A DNA stretch of 64,000 bases from the human T2T-CHM13v2.0 reference genome, Homo sapiens. Numbering within the stretch: position 1 is the stretch's first letter; each line of letters starts with the position of its first letter. A model generated the notes under the pieces. The model was not told the origin of the DNA. It did no database searches and saw only the letters and a program-made list of their open reading frames with translations. The stretch lies in the NCBI RefSeq assembly GCF_009914755.1, contig NC_060926.1; one strand, given 5' to 3'. Positions 20,594 through 48,225 of this stretch are shown piece by piece. The position numbers were made by a program, and so were the translations under genes.

Positions 20594-21492
20594 TAGAATT
20601 CATGTTCTTGACCACTATGCATATCTTACTAATAAAGCTGAGGAAGCTAGCACAGTAGAAACCAATCTTACCCATATACAAGTGCAGTTTTCTAACTAGA
20701 GATGTTAAAGACTTAAATGTAATACATAAGTAGAAAATGCATAAAAAAGAATTAAACGTAAAATCTCAAATAATAAAAAAAAGGAGAAACTATAAGTGAA
20801 TATTCAGTCAATCTCAGGCTGAGAGAAAACTCTGTGAGAATACAATGGTGCACTCCCCAGCTGCATCACTCACTTTAGGATATGTCCCCGATGTTAGCTG
20901 TGGCAGGAACCAGTTAAAAAAGGAAATTGGCACTGTGTGCATTTTTTTCTCAGGAATCAGTCCTGGCTTGTCTGACTGAACTCCCTTTGCATTGCCTTCT
21001 CTGTCAGAACGATCAATTTGAATTAGAGCTTTCTCTTTTTTATTGCCCTGTCTGAATTTGGCACCCTGACCCTGGACTATTGGTCTTGGCATTACTGACC
21101 CAGAAACTCCATAGGAAACTGACCTGGTAATTATTCTCTTGGCTCCATTCACCACAGCCTCAGGCCCACTTCCAGGCCAGGGACTCAGGGCCCCCCATCT
21201 GCCTGAGGCAGCAGTATGTGGTCAAAAAAAGAATAGAAAACACACATCCAAGGAAACATAGGAAAAGATGGACAGGCTTGATTAAACGGTAAAGTGTAAA
21301 ATGATTATTCTTCAAGATAACGTACAATTCTATGATTCTATAGACACATATGTCCATGCCTACATATGATAACTGACTTCTCAACTGCTAACATTTCTTG
21401 AGTACTATTTGCCCAATACTACTCATTTTTCTATAAATTTATATTTTGAAAAATGTCAAACTTACAGGAAACTTTAAAGAATAGTACAACGA

Positions 21493-21823
<331 letters not shown>

Positions 21824-21925
21824 CTATATATTCTTCACCAAGATTCAGCAATCAAGAATTGACTTTTCCCATCAGATTTTAATATTTCTTGTTTCTACCC
21901 AAAAATTCATGTGTATTTTGCATCT

Positions 21926-22507
21926 TGTCACAGGCCATATTTCAGGGGTTCCATAACCACTCCTAGTTTGGTGTTTTTTTAGAAACACTCAAAAGGCTCA
22001 ATATCAGGTTATATTCATGGCTAAGACTTATTACAGCAAAAAGTAGACAGCAAAAGTTGCAAAAAGAAGATAGGCATTAGGTAAAATCCAGAGAGGTCAG
22101 ATACACGCTTTCAAGTTTTTTCCAACCAGAGCCACACAAGACAATCTTTCCTTCTAGCAGTATCTCTCTACCCAATGCAAGTCTCAGGGCCCAAGGCTTT
22201 TATGGAGGTCTGGTCACATAGGTACATTCTACTACATGACCATCCTTGGCAACTGAAACTCAGGACCCTAATAATGAAACCTGGCATGCATGATCAGTCT
22301 TGATGTTTGTGCAAAGCAATTCTGACAAGCTAGTAGGTCATGGTTCATTGCTCTAGGTGCATACAACAAAATCATCAACGTTAGCATAAAGAACCTTCCA
22401 AGGGCCACATACCTAGGGTTGACCAACAGTCAATCATGGGTCCAGGTTTCCTTGGAGATATGCAAGGACAGAGCAACCAGAATTGCTGTGTAAACTTCTC
22501 ATATGAT
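21926..22507 (-). mobile_element. MER77/MER21C-type LTR relic
   Basis: TGTCACAGG...GGGGTTCCATAACCACTCCTAGTTTGG...TTATATTCATGGCTAAGACTTATTACAGC resembles antisense MER21C/MER77. Confidence 0.55.
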
Positions 22508-22951
22508 ACCTTTGTTTGTTATGTTCCTGCCATTTGAATTGCCTTTTCCAGAAGTCTAGTTCAAGTTCCACATTCTCTCCAGCACCTGCCCAAGGCCCTT
22601 CCTGGAGCAGCTACTTCCTAAACATATGCTCAGTGAAGGAAACTTGAGTGATGTCTTCACAGACCTATTCAATCCGGGGATCTCTTCCTTTTCAGTGAAT
22701 TTTCCCCTTATTTTATAATTTGTCATATAATGCCTAGGAATAGCTCTTGTGTTATTATCTGACATTGCCATTTAATTTTTCAAGTTTATATTTTCTCCTT
22801 AACCACATGCTAAACAACAATCATCTTTCAGTTCACTTTGTATATATTTTGCTGCTGCTAGAACAAAATATAACACACACTTAATAAATATTTACTGATA
22901 TTTACTGATGCTAATTGATAACTGGTTCAAAAACTACCCTCCTACAACTTA

Positions 22952-23326
<375 letters not shown>

Positions 23327-23477
23327 TTAGGTGAGAGGAGTCATTGCAACAGTAGTGGTCTACTAAGTTGGTTTATTGCTGCAAGAGAAGCCTGTACATC
23401 ACATACTTCTCCAGGCTCAAGTCCCTTGCTTGGGCAGTTCTACAAGCCATCAGGAGAGCGCTTGCAACTAATTAGAA

Positions 23478-23663
23478 TGGTGCCTCTCAAACTGTAGCAT
23501 GCACTGGGAGCACCTGGAGGGCATGTAGGACACAGATTTCTGGCCCAGCTTCCGGAATTTCTGATTCAGTAGGTCTGGGGTGGGACCAAATAACTTGCAT
23601 TTTTAACAAGCTCCCAGGTGATACTGATTCTGCTGGTCCCATACCGTACTTCAAGTCGCAAGG
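23478..23663. mobile_element. MER5A (hAT-Charlie MITE)
   Basis: CTCAAACT...TTTCTGATTCAGTAGGTCTGGGGTGGG...TGCATTTTTAACAAGCTCCCAGGTGAT. Confidence 0.8.
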
Positions 23664-24059
23664 TCCTAGTATATCATTCACACACTCAACAGTATATATT
23701 TTCAGTACTCTAAGTGCAATTCTTAGCAAGCAGCTAGGCCATAGCAGAATTTTGACTTTATCACACACTGTTCCACCTTTATATGTCTTGTCTACTTACA
23801 CACAGCCACTATTTTTCATATAAGAATAGTAATTTGTTTTTGCTATAATGACACTCCTCTTCAGAATATATTCAATGATGGAATTCCATGCCAGAAAATT
23901 GCTGTTTATCAATTATTATAACAGTTTCTGTTATAAAGACTTAAAATTTCAATGGATACCATCTGTTGATTTTAAAATCCACACTGCTATAAATTAGTCA
24001 TCATAATATAATGGTCAAGTATCATATCACAATTTACTATTGTCTGGTAGTGTTCTTGA

Positions 24060-25679
<1,620 letters not shown>

Positions 25680-25899
25680 TGTTCCAATTTTAGTATATGA
25701 GCTTCCAAAGTCAGCACCTTATCCTTCTTCTCACAACAGTACTCACCAACCCACAAAACATAAGGCCAGCAACCCAGATTTAGACCGAACCTCAACTTCC
25801 TGGCCAGAGGAATTATCCAAGGATTATTATTAGGGCAGGTGACACAAGTTGAGAAAATCCAAGTTCTTCCCCAGCAGGTACTCGAGGGGCCCTTTGGCT

Positions 25900-26195
25900 C
25901 TGGGGTCACGGAGCTAGAGGAAGTGAAGCCAGAGGGGCTTGCACGCCTCATGAAAAGGCCTAGCAGAAATAGAAGTGAATGAGGCCAAAACCCAGAGAAA
26001 CAGACCTGTGAAGATATATACACAAAGCAGAGGGACAGAGAAAAAGAGAGAATGAGAAGACCTTTCAATGTCCTTGAGTCCCTGGGTTCAGAGTAGCTAC
26101 GGTCAGGGCCTTCCCTATTCTCCCCAGGAACATGAACCACTAAATATTGCTCTTTGCTTAAATTATTTTGAGTAGGATTTCTGCTCCTTGACTAA
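25900..26195 (+). mobile_element. Old MLT1 (J/K/L-type) LTR relic
   Basis: TGAGTCCCTGGGTTCAG...CATGAACCACTAAATATTGCTCTTTGCTTAAATTATTTTGAGTAGGATTTCTG end pattern. Confidence 0.5.
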
Positions 26196-26617
26196 TAGTA
26201 AGGCATATTACTTTATCTATTTCTGAGTAATGGCAACTATTTTTAAAATCAATCTTACTCCCACACCTAGGAGGAAAAAAATACTGTCAGATATAAAATT
26301 AGGTTTAAACATTATTAGCTAAAGGTGTCTGAGATTTTGTCTGGAATTCGCTGGTAAAAATGCTATTTTGAGGTGAATGTGTATAAATTAATCCATACCC
26401 TAGGGACAATTATTTAACATTGTTAACACCCAGGTCAGGAGTCTACACCTGAGGCAGGGGTGATTAACTAGACATCTAAAGGCCTTAATCAGTTGGCCAC
26501 CCTCCAAAGGAGGCAGGTGTAGAACTTTAGATATCTCACTTTCTGAACCTGCACCACAAGCGATGTTGCATTTTTTCATAGTGAAATGAGCAGTATTCAA
26601 GATATACTGCCAGATGA

Positions 26618-28200
<1,583 letters not shown>

Positions 28201-28736
28201 ATGAAATGCCTACATGGGATCCCAAGGTGAGTGGACGCTAGGTGTTGTGGCTTGGGAGCACTGGGAGAGTTGCTCAAACTTGGCATGGAGAGAGTGGAAC
28301 CACCTGCTTTCAAATGACCATGAAGTGGCAACAAGTCCTGAAGACCAGGGTCCTTCCCTGAATGTTCTGGAGTGTGTAATCTTCCCTTTCACCATTCCAT
28401 CATTACTCCAAGATTGTGGTAATATTTATTGCACATCTGTGTTACGGAGTATGTTCACACCTATAACAAGTAAATATACAATTTTTTAAATCTAGATTAA
28501 GCTATTTACAATATATCTAAATCAACAATGACTACTTGAGGATATTCTCTTTAAATACTATTCATTACAGAAGGCTGAGTCTACGTGAGGCAGATGTGTG
28601 CTTTGCCTACATCAGTGTTTCCTAAGCAGCCTGCTTGGTGCTAGCTCACAGATATTGACTGCCCTGGGTCCTGGGGACAGTTGGTTGTCTTGGGTGATTA
28701 TCTTCAGCTGTAAGCAGCCTCTTCCTCTTGCCCCAG

Positions 28737-29446
28737 TGAAACCGCCTTTGCAAAATTATGACTGAGACAGTGAAAGAGGTCCAACTTAAACGACTCCATC
28801 TTGCCTCCAACCTCCAAGCTGTGCTTGTTCATTCCTGGGTATAGGCTGAATTAACTTTGGGAGGAACTTAGTTTATCATTTAAAACAATGATAATAGCAG
28901 CCCTTTCCCAGGACAAACTTCCTTCTTGCCCAGGGATTGGACTACTAACATTAGCCACAAAATTAAAAATTATGGTTTAGGAGTCACCTAGCTGGAGGCT
29001 ACAAGACTCTGACCCTCCCTAAACTGCTCCTAAGATCAGTGCTTGAGGTGTTTTGCAGACTCCACCCTTCATGCATCTACCAGCACTACCCAGATGGAGA
29101 AACTGGCCATTTGATCTTGTGACCCCCACCCAGGAACTGAGTCAGCGCAAGAAGACAGGGACGCCCCCACGATTTCACGTATGACCCAACCAATCAGCAC
29201 TCCCCAACTCACTGCCCCTCCCCTCCCACCAAATTGTCTTGAAAAACTTTGATCCCCAAATGTTCCGGGAGACTGATTTGAGTAGTAGTAAAACTCCAGT
29301 CTCCTGCTCAGCCGGCTCTGCATTAATTATTCTTTCTGTATCGTGATTCCTCGGTCTCGAGAAATGGGCTCTGTCTAGGCAGTGGAGTAAGGTGAACCCA
29401 CTGGGCGGTTACAAATTAGGTAAAGTGAACCCACTGGGCGGTTACA
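28737..29446 (+). mobile_element. LTR8 (ERV1) LTR with duplicated 3' terminus
   Basis: TGAAACCGCCTTTGCAAAATTATGACTGAGACAGTGAAAGAG start; GTGAACCCACTGGGCGGTTACA end occurs twice; 4-bp TSD CCAG at 28733-28736 and 29447-29450. Confidence 0.9.
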
Positions 29447-30034
29447 CCAGTGTGCTATACAACTACTGTATTGTCATTTCTGTGTGTGCCATTTGTGTTG
29501 GAAGCACTGGTTCATGTATCTGTAACAGTTTAGTGCAAGAGGCAAAATGTTCCTTTAGCTGCATCTCTTCTACTGACAAAATAAATGTAAAAGGTAACTG
29601 TCTGCATTCAAGAAATCCTTTATCAGATGTAAGCAGAGAGCCAGAGTTAAAGCAAGATTCAGCCTAGGAGACACAGAGACTTGGTAGTTTCTGGATAGCT
29701 CTTCTATTCAGAAGTAAAGGTGTTAGATACATTTTTGGAAACAGTTTTATTCTAGTTCTACAATCATAGAAAAGTGGAGACTAATGGCTGAACAGAAGTA
29801 AAATTCGAAACAGCAGAAATGAAATGTCAGAATTGAGTTCAACCATTCTTTCCTCCCAGGGAGGTCAAACCTACCATAGAGTATCTGATTCACGCAGGGA
29901 TTCTATCTGAAGTTCAAGTTCTTTCACCCATTCATCTGAAGTGTCCCAATTCAAGAGGGTCAGGTTTTCTGTACTTTCTGTTTCCCTGCAATTCGTGAGT
30001 CAGCAGTACCAGGGCAGTGAATTTTTTTTTTTTT

Positions 30035-30370
30035 TTCACTCTGGCTGCACATTGAAAGTACTTAGAGAATTTTTCCCCCTAAAAATCTGTGCCTGGGTCT
30101 TACCCTAAACCAGTGATTCTCAAATGTGGTTCCCAGATCAGCAGCCTCAGCATTGCCTGGTAACTTACTAGAAATGTGTATGTTGATCCCCACCCCTGCT
30201 CTACTGAATCAGAAATTCTGAGGTTGGTGCCCAGTAACCAGGTGATTTTGATGCAACCTAAATTTAAGAACACTTGACCTAGACAAATTAAATCAGAATC
30301 TCTAAAATGAAGCCTGAGAAAATGATCATTTCAAATGATTCTAATGTACAGCCAGAGTTAAGACCATTGC
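30035..30370. mobile_element. MER5B with nested MER5A (~30111-30276)
   Basis: CTGGCTGCACATTGAA...ATGATTCTAATGTACAGCCAGAGTTAAGACCATTG interrupted by CAGTGATTCTCAAATGTGGTTCCCAG...; CCTARAC on both sides of the insert. Confidence 0.7.
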
Positions 30371-30714
30371 CTTGGACAAGAGGAAAGCCCTAGGAACTCA
30401 ACAGAATTTCTGGTCTGTCAGGTCTCCATTTTTCACATCAGACCAGGCTCCCTACTTCCTGATGCAGGTCCCTTTCCAGGTAAGATTATCAGTAACTCTT
30501 TCAGCAGAATTTGGAGTTCACTCCTGAGTTTATTTCTGGCCTTGGGTAGATTTCATGCGTTACATCCTTGCCTAAACTCATTACTCACTTGTAAACACCT
30601 GTGGAAGTGAACAGCCAGGTCTCACAGCATTTGTTCTCTAAAGCATCTTGTAAGAAATGAGAGATGCATTACAAAAGGAAAGTAGAAGAAATGAGGGCTC
30701 TCACGTTTTAGAGC

Positions 30715-30875
30715 ACAAGTTCTCAATCTTGGCTGTATATTAGAATCACCTTTTAAAAACTCCTATTACAGACCACATACCAGACCAATTAAATATAATA
30801 TTATGGGATAGGGTCCAGAAATCAATATTTTTTGAAGCTCCCGAGGTGACTAAAATTGGCTGAGAATTGCACTCT
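30715..30875. mobile_element. MER5B
   Basis: GTTCTCAATCTTGGCTGTATATTAGAATCACC...AAGCTCCCGAGGTGAC. Confidence 0.65.
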
Positions 30876-31356
30876 AGCAGGAGAAACTTGACTAAAATGT
30901 CAGTCTTGAGCAAGAGATAGGGAGACTGACAGGAGGAAGAAAAGCTTCTCAGTGCCAACAAGGAATTGGTATTCACAGGCACACATTCGTCCAGTAACCT
31001 TTTTAAAAAATACTTTCTTCTCTAACCTTAACACAGAACTAGATGGGCCCCTTTCATACACTCTTAGGTTGCATGAGAGAGGGAGGGAAAGATAAGGAAT
31101 AGATGAAGCAAGTCTAATGAACCCTTGAAAATTGTTCATCTTGATGATAAGTATGTAGGAGTGAATCATGCTATTTACTTAACTTTTGTGTATATTTGAA
31201 AATTTCTACGGTAAAATAATTTTCAACTAAACTTTTTCAGAAGTGGGGACATTATTACCAGCTTACAGAAATAGAAAGGATTATAATGATACTATGAAAA
31301 ATTGTACTCCAACACATTGGATAACTTTAACTTGTAGCTTGAAAGTAGGGTAAATA

Positions 31357-37859
<6,503 letters not shown>

Positions 37860-38170
37860 GAAAGAAGGGCAAATAATTTTTTTTAAAAAGCAGATTGGAT
37901 AAGCTACAGGAAATGGATAAATTCCTAGAGACATGCAGACTGCCAAAATTAGCTCAAGAAGGAACAGAAAATCTAAATAGACCTAACAGAAGGAGATTGA
38001 ATCGGTAATTCTCAAATTCTTCCAAAAAAATAGAAGAAGAGGGAACACCTAACAACTCATTCTATGAGGCAAGCATTACTTGATATAAAAGACAGATAAT
38101 AACATCACAAGAAAACTACAAATCAATATCGCTTCTGATTTTGGATGCAAAAATCCCCCCATTAAAAAAA

Positions 38171-38955
38171 CAGATGCTCAACTGACAATGGGGTTACATC
38201 TGATGAATCCATCATATATTGAAAATATCATAAGTTGAAAATATATCTAATACACCTAACCTACTAAACATCATACCTTAGCCTAGCCTACCTTAAACAT
38301 ATTTAGTATACTTACATTAGCCTACAGTTGGGCACAGTTACCAGGCAATCCAGTACATTGTAGAGCATCAGTTGTTTACCCTTGTGATTATGTGGCTGAT
38401 CAGGAGTTGTAGCTTGCTCCCATTGCCCAGAATCACAAGAGTATCCTACCACATATCACTAGCCCAGTGATATGGTTTGGCTCTGTGTCCCCACCCAAAT
38501 CTCATCTTGAATTGTAATCCCCACATATTGAAGGAGGGGCCTGGTGGGAAGTGATTGAATCATGGGGGCAGACTTCCCTCTTGCTGTGCCCACAAGATCT
38601 GGTTGTTTGAAAGTGTGTAGCACTTCACCCCTTTGTGGTATCTCTCTCCTGCCCTGCCATGGTAAGAAGTGCTTGCTTTCCTTTTGCCTCTCGCCATGAT
38701 TGTAAGCTTCCTGAGGCCTCCTGGCCATGCTTCCTATATTGCCTGTGGAACTGTGAGTCAATTAAACCTCTTTTCTTTATAAATTACCCAGTCTCAGGTG
38801 GTTCTTTGTAGCAGTATAAGAGCAGACTAATACACCCAGGAAAAGATCAAATTTTGAATTTGAAGTATATGGTTTCTACTGAATGCATATCGCTTTGGCA
38901 CCATTGTAGAGTTGCAAAATTATAAATTGAGCCATCATAACTTGGGGACCATCTG
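38171..38955 (+). mobile_element. MER47/Tigger5-family DNA element interrupted by MST
   Basis: Termini CAGATGCTC...ATGGGGTTAC and ATCATAACTTGGGGACCATCTG followed by TA. Confidence 0.8.
38468..38834 (+). mobile_element. MSTA/MSTB MaLR solo LTR
   Basis: TGATATGGTTTGGCTCTGTGTCCCCACCCAAATCTCATC...GACTAATACA; exact 5-bp TSD CCCAG at 38463-38467 and 38835-38839. Confidence 0.93.
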
Positions 38956-39366
38956 TACTAGAAAATCAAATCCAGCACATATTAAAAGGATTACATGTCA
39001 TGACCAACCAAATGGGATTTAATCCCAGGAAAGCAAGGGTTGTTCAGTATAAGAAAATTAGTCATTGTAATATACTGTATTAGTAGAATGAAATGGGACA
39101 AAACATACAATCACCTCAATTGATGCAGAAAAGGTATCTGACAAAATTCAACACCCTTTTACAATAAAACACTTAAACTACAAATAGAAGAGAACTTTCT
39201 CAACATGCAAAAGGGCTTATATGAAAAACCCACAGCTAACATCATACTCAATGGTTAAAGACAGAAAACTTTTCCCCTTATATCAGGAACAAGACAAAGA
39301 TGTCTGATCTTGCCACTTCTATTCAATATTGTGCTGAAAGTCCTAGCCAGAGAAATCATGTAACGG

Positions 39367-42490
<3,124 letters not shown>

Positions 42491-43696
42491 ATGGGCAAAG
42501 GACTTGAATGCACATTTCTCCAAAAAAGATATACAAATAGCCAACAAGCACATGAAAGGATGCTCAATATTATTAGTCATTAGGAAATCAGAACCATGAT
42601 GAGATACAACTTCAAACTCACCAGATTGGCCATAATTTTTTAAGTAGAAAATCAGCATTGATGAGGAGGTAGAGAATTTGGAACCCTCATATGTTGCTGA
42701 TAAAAATGCAAAATGGCACAGCCACTGTGCAAGACAGTTTTGTGGTTCCTTAAAAAGTTAAATATAGAATTACCACATGACCCAGCCATTCCATTTCTAG
42801 GGATATATTTGAAAGGATTGAAAACAGTTATTCAAGCAAATACTTGTACACAAATGCTCATAGCAGAAATCTCCACAATAGCCAAAAGGTGTAAACAACT
42901 AAAATGTTCATCAATTGATAAATAGTTAAGCAAAATGTGGTATAATCACACAATGGAATATTATTTGGCCATAAAAAGAATGAAGTACTGAGTCATGCTA
43001 CAACACGGATGAACCTTGAAAGCATTAAGTTAGGTGAAAGCAACCAGACACAAAAGGTCACATATTGTATGATTTCATTTATATGAAATATCCAGAACAG
43101 GTAAATTATCAGAGGCTGTGGGTAGAGGAGGAAGGGGGAATGACTACTAATGAGTACGTGATTTTTTCCCGGGGGAGAGTGGCCGGAGGGTGATGAAAAT
43201 GTTTTGGAGTTAGATGGAGGTGATGGTTGCACGACGCTGTGCATGTACTAAACGCCACTGAATTGTACACTTAGTTAATGATTAATTTTATGTTATGTGA
43301 ATTTCATCCCAATTTTTTTTAAAAAAGGAAAGAACATTCAAGCAAATACAAATCAGTTAAGGAATGTAAAAGTAGTCTGCAAAAATTAAGATTTTGTATG
43401 ATGACTGTAGCTTAGCAGTTGTTTGTGAGCATATGTTGTCCTCCTTTTGGGGGATTTCCAGACAGAGGACTATGCAAGGAAATATGGCTCCTATTATTTA
43501 AGTGAAAGCATGAATAGGAATATTCTGTTTTGTAAAGATAATGTGAAAACATTTGTATCAAAAGACTGATAGAGCCAAGCTATATGAAGTAAATAAAGGC
43601 TCTAATGTCATGAGAACCTCGAGAGTGCTATAAGCAAACTTCTGAAGGAATAAAATGGAAGAAGAAATTATGTCTTCAGGAGAAAGTCCAAACTAA

Positions 43697-44070
<374 letters not shown>

Positions 44071-44139
44071 CTATATAGCTTATTTCTTCAATTCTTCATA
44101 ATAACCCTAAAGGTATAAATTATTATACCCATCTATGGC

Positions 44140-44665
44140 AAAGATTACTAGTCCCTTTCTCTACCATATCCATTTTCTCTTTCATAGAGATAAAAAGTTT
44201 TAGCTGAGAACATAGCTGCCCAAAATAAAAATATCCCCCAGACTCCCTTGCAGCTAGGTGTAGTTTTATACAGTTGGCCATGTGACTGGGTTGGCCAGAA
44301 TTTAGTCACATGGCCAACTGTATAAAACTAGAAGCATCATATGGAAACTTCTGGGAAACTTCTGAGGAGAAAACTGATTTATGCCTTGTTCCTTCTTCCC
44401 TCTTTTTCCTTCCCTCCTTCTTGAAGGATATAATGTGTCTCCAGAGGCACCAACCTGGACCATAAGATGACTTCTATATTAGGAATAGAAGTCAAGCATG
44501 GCAGATCAAAAAGATAGGAGCCAGAGCCCAAAACTATGGAGCCCCATATTTCTCTCAGATGATTTAATCCTGGACTCTTACTTGAAAGAGAAATGCATTC
44601 TATCCTGTTTAAACCAATCCTATCTGGAGTTTTCTTTCTTGTAGGTAAATCAAATCCTAATGGAT
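44140..44665 (+). mobile_element. MLT1J-like LTR inserted in a MIR (MIR halves ~44090-44140 and 44666-44790)
   Basis: CTCCCTTGCAGCTAGGTG...GAAAGAGAAATGCATTCTATCCTGTTTAAACC...CAAATCCTAATGGATACA; MIR GGGATTCAAATCCAG downstream. Confidence 0.7.
44261..44330. repeat. Perfect 27-bp inverted repeat with 16-nt loop
   Basis: TAGTTTTATACAGTTGGCCATGTGACT (44261-44287) and AGTCACATGGCCAACTGTATAAAACTA (44304-44330). Confidence 0.98.
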
Positions 44666-45332
44666 ACATTATTTTGCAGACGACAAAACCGAAAGGATAA
44701 GTAAAGCGCACAAGATGACACACCAGAAACTCACAAAGCCGGGATTCAAATCCAGTTCCATAATTCCAGTGGTCATGCTATTCCATCTTTGCTGATTCTT
44801 CTTTTAGGATTCTCCAGGGTCTGGTTGTGGCCTACATTTTCAGATTCTTCTTTTGCTGCTCATTTATACCCTACGTTTTGCCTTTTCGAAAGATTTGGGC
44901 CAGTGCTTCCTTGGGCTCAGCTACTCATGTTACCTCCAATAATACAGATCTTTCAGTTGGGTTGTTTTTATTGCAGTCTCCAACATCATAGAAATTACAT
45001 GCTGGCATATAACGCTTGGGTTGAGAAATGATCTGAGGGGCATGAACCACGATGCATTTAAAATTGCTTTTCCCTTTGTTCTTTATCCTCGTCCTCAAAA
45101 CAAAATGGTACAATTCAGTCCTGTCCCCCACTTTAGGCTAAACTGATAAGAGCATTAGTTGGTATTTATTCACTCAATAAATATTTATTGAACATAGTTA
45201 TAGAATCTGTCAGTCATTATGTGAGAAGCCCAGGGTACAATGGAACCTACTCTCAAGGCATTTACATGTAAGTGTGCAACTTGGATTCTAGTGGGCATCA
45301 GATGTCAGCTTCCACATTGTGTTTTCTAAATT

Positions 45333-45502
45333 CTTTTTTTTTTAAAGAGATAATGTCTTGCTATGTTGTCCAGGCTAAAGTGCAGTGGCTATCAACAGGC
45401 GTGTTCATGATGCACCAGCCTGGAACTTCTGGGCTCAAGCAATCCTCCTACCTCAGCCTCTCAAGTAGCTGGGACTACAGACTCATGCCACCACACCTGG
45501 CT
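45333..45502 (-). mobile_element. Alu monomer (FRAM/FLAM-like)
   Basis: Single diverged arm. Confidence 0.8.
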
Positions 45503-45902
45503 ACATTGTCTTTTTCTTTTCAATGACGTTTCATGAGCCCTTGTGTACATAGACCCTTTCATTTGTCCTCTCATTTACCTACAAATCACACCTGGATATA
45601 TATGAATTTGCACCAGCTATACAGATCTTTGCTTTGCGATTCCAGATACAGAAAGGCAGGATTTACATAGAGAAGAGGGGAGAGGACTATTGACCTCATA
45701 CTCACCTAGTGACTGGTTCCCAGTTGTTCAAGTCAGAAATTTAAGGATCATCTAGACTCAGCCTCCATATCCAATTCATCACTAAATCTTCTCATTTCTA
45801 TCTCTTAATCAGTCTCAAATTCATCTTCTCCTCTCCGTTTTTATTGTCATTGTTTTAGTTCAGGTGAATATTGTTCCTGTTTTACATGTGTACAATAATC
45901 TC

Positions 45903-46318
45903 TGTATTGTTAGTATGCTAAGGCTGCCGTAACAAAATACCACAGGCTGAGTGGCTTCAACAACAGAAATTTATTTTCTCACTGTTCTAGCAGTTAGAAG
46001 TCCCATATCACAGTTCTGGCAGATTTGGTTTCTGGTGAGGTCTTTTTTACTGGCTTATAGACAGTTGCCTTCTTGTTATGTATTCACATGTTCTCTTCTC
46101 TGTGTATGCAGGAAGAGAGAGATCACTGGTGTCTCTTCTGTCTCTTCCTCTTCTTATAAGGACGCCAATCCTATTGTATTAGGTCCCCATCCTTATGACC
46201 TCATATAACCTTAATTACCTTCCTAAAAGCCCTATTTCCAAATATATTGGGGTTAGGGCTTCAACACATGAATGAGGGGCAGGATCGGGGCAAAGGGACA
46301 CAATTCAGTCCATAACAA
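45903..46318 (-). mobile_element. MLT1A/C-type MaLR LTR inserted in L2
   Basis: TGTATT...GGCTGCCGTAACAAAATACCACAG...GGACACAATTCAGTCCATAACA; L2 fragments on both sides. Confidence 0.85.
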
Positions 46319-46470
46319 CCTCTACACTACATTCTGAGTGATCTTTCCAAGACACAAAGCTGATCATGTCACCGCTTTGCTTTTAATTCTTTACAGTTCT
46401 GGGTCTCTTCGGGTTCTTTGGGTGGGAAAACAACTAATTCAGATCACCTTAAGGGGGTTTCAGGAACTTA

Positions 46471-47087
<617 letters not shown>

Positions 47088-48225
47088 TAAAATGGCAAAT
47101 TTTACGTTACATATTTTTGTACCACAATTTTTAGAAAGTTAACAGTGGCCTTCATGTAGCCAAATGCTTAAAATGTTCTGGAAGGCGATTTTACAGTGAT
47201 GAAATATAAATATAGCTTTTTATCGCTAGGGATTAGATGACACATGGAATACATGAAGTTAAATAAATGTGATCAAGCTAAATAAAATTGATATATTTGT
47301 GTTTGACTTTGGAGGTAACAAAGAAAGACAAATAGAGAAAGATAGAAGATGATCAGACCTTGACATTTCTTCCTTCTTTCAATAGACACCTCTTTCTTTC
47401 AGGCTTTGTCATTTTCAGTACTAAGCACTAAAAGGACTTTTGTAAATCATTATTTCCAGTACATGGCAATATTTTCATCAAACTAAGTTACTTCAATGGC
47501 TTATGTTAATAATATTGGAAAAAATCTTCTTGGATATTATACCTAAGATTTGCTTCCAAAAACTCTGTGGAGCGGAGGAAATGGAGAAGTTTACAGATGA
47601 AGTAGATTGACCATGAATTGATCATTTTTCAGAATGGGTTTGGTTCATGCAGATTCATTATACTATTTCCTCTACTTTTGTGTATGTGTGAATTCTCCAC
47701 AATAAAAAGGTGTTTTAAATCCTAAAAAAACAAAAATCTCTGAAACAGAGAGTGTAGTGAGTGTAGTTTAGGTCACATGCTTACCCCTTGACTATGTCAG
47801 AGGGTGAAGGAAGAAGCCTCTAGGGACTCCTTTGGTTTCTGTAGTAGGAGAGCATTTGTATTTATCATCCTGACAATGAGACACAATGGGGGTGAGGTAA
47901 TTCTCCCAAAAGACATTGGGGTGCAATTAGGAAGAGGGATGGAGGCTGGGTGTCCATATAATGACAACTATCCACTTCTGTGCATGACAGATGGGGCACT
48001 TTATCAACTTTCCTCCCTCATCTCTTATCTCCTCCACTACAGCCTGCACTCCAGCCGGGCCAGCAACCTTGTGCCTTTCTGTGCCCTGCTCTTGACTGTG
48101 TTGGTGCCCTGATGAAAGTCTACTCATCCTGCAGACTCAATTCAGACATCATCTCCTTCGACTTTGTAAGCAGAAGGTGGTAGATTTTGGATGGCTCTTG
48201 ACTCTTCATCTCACAGTGTATTTAC

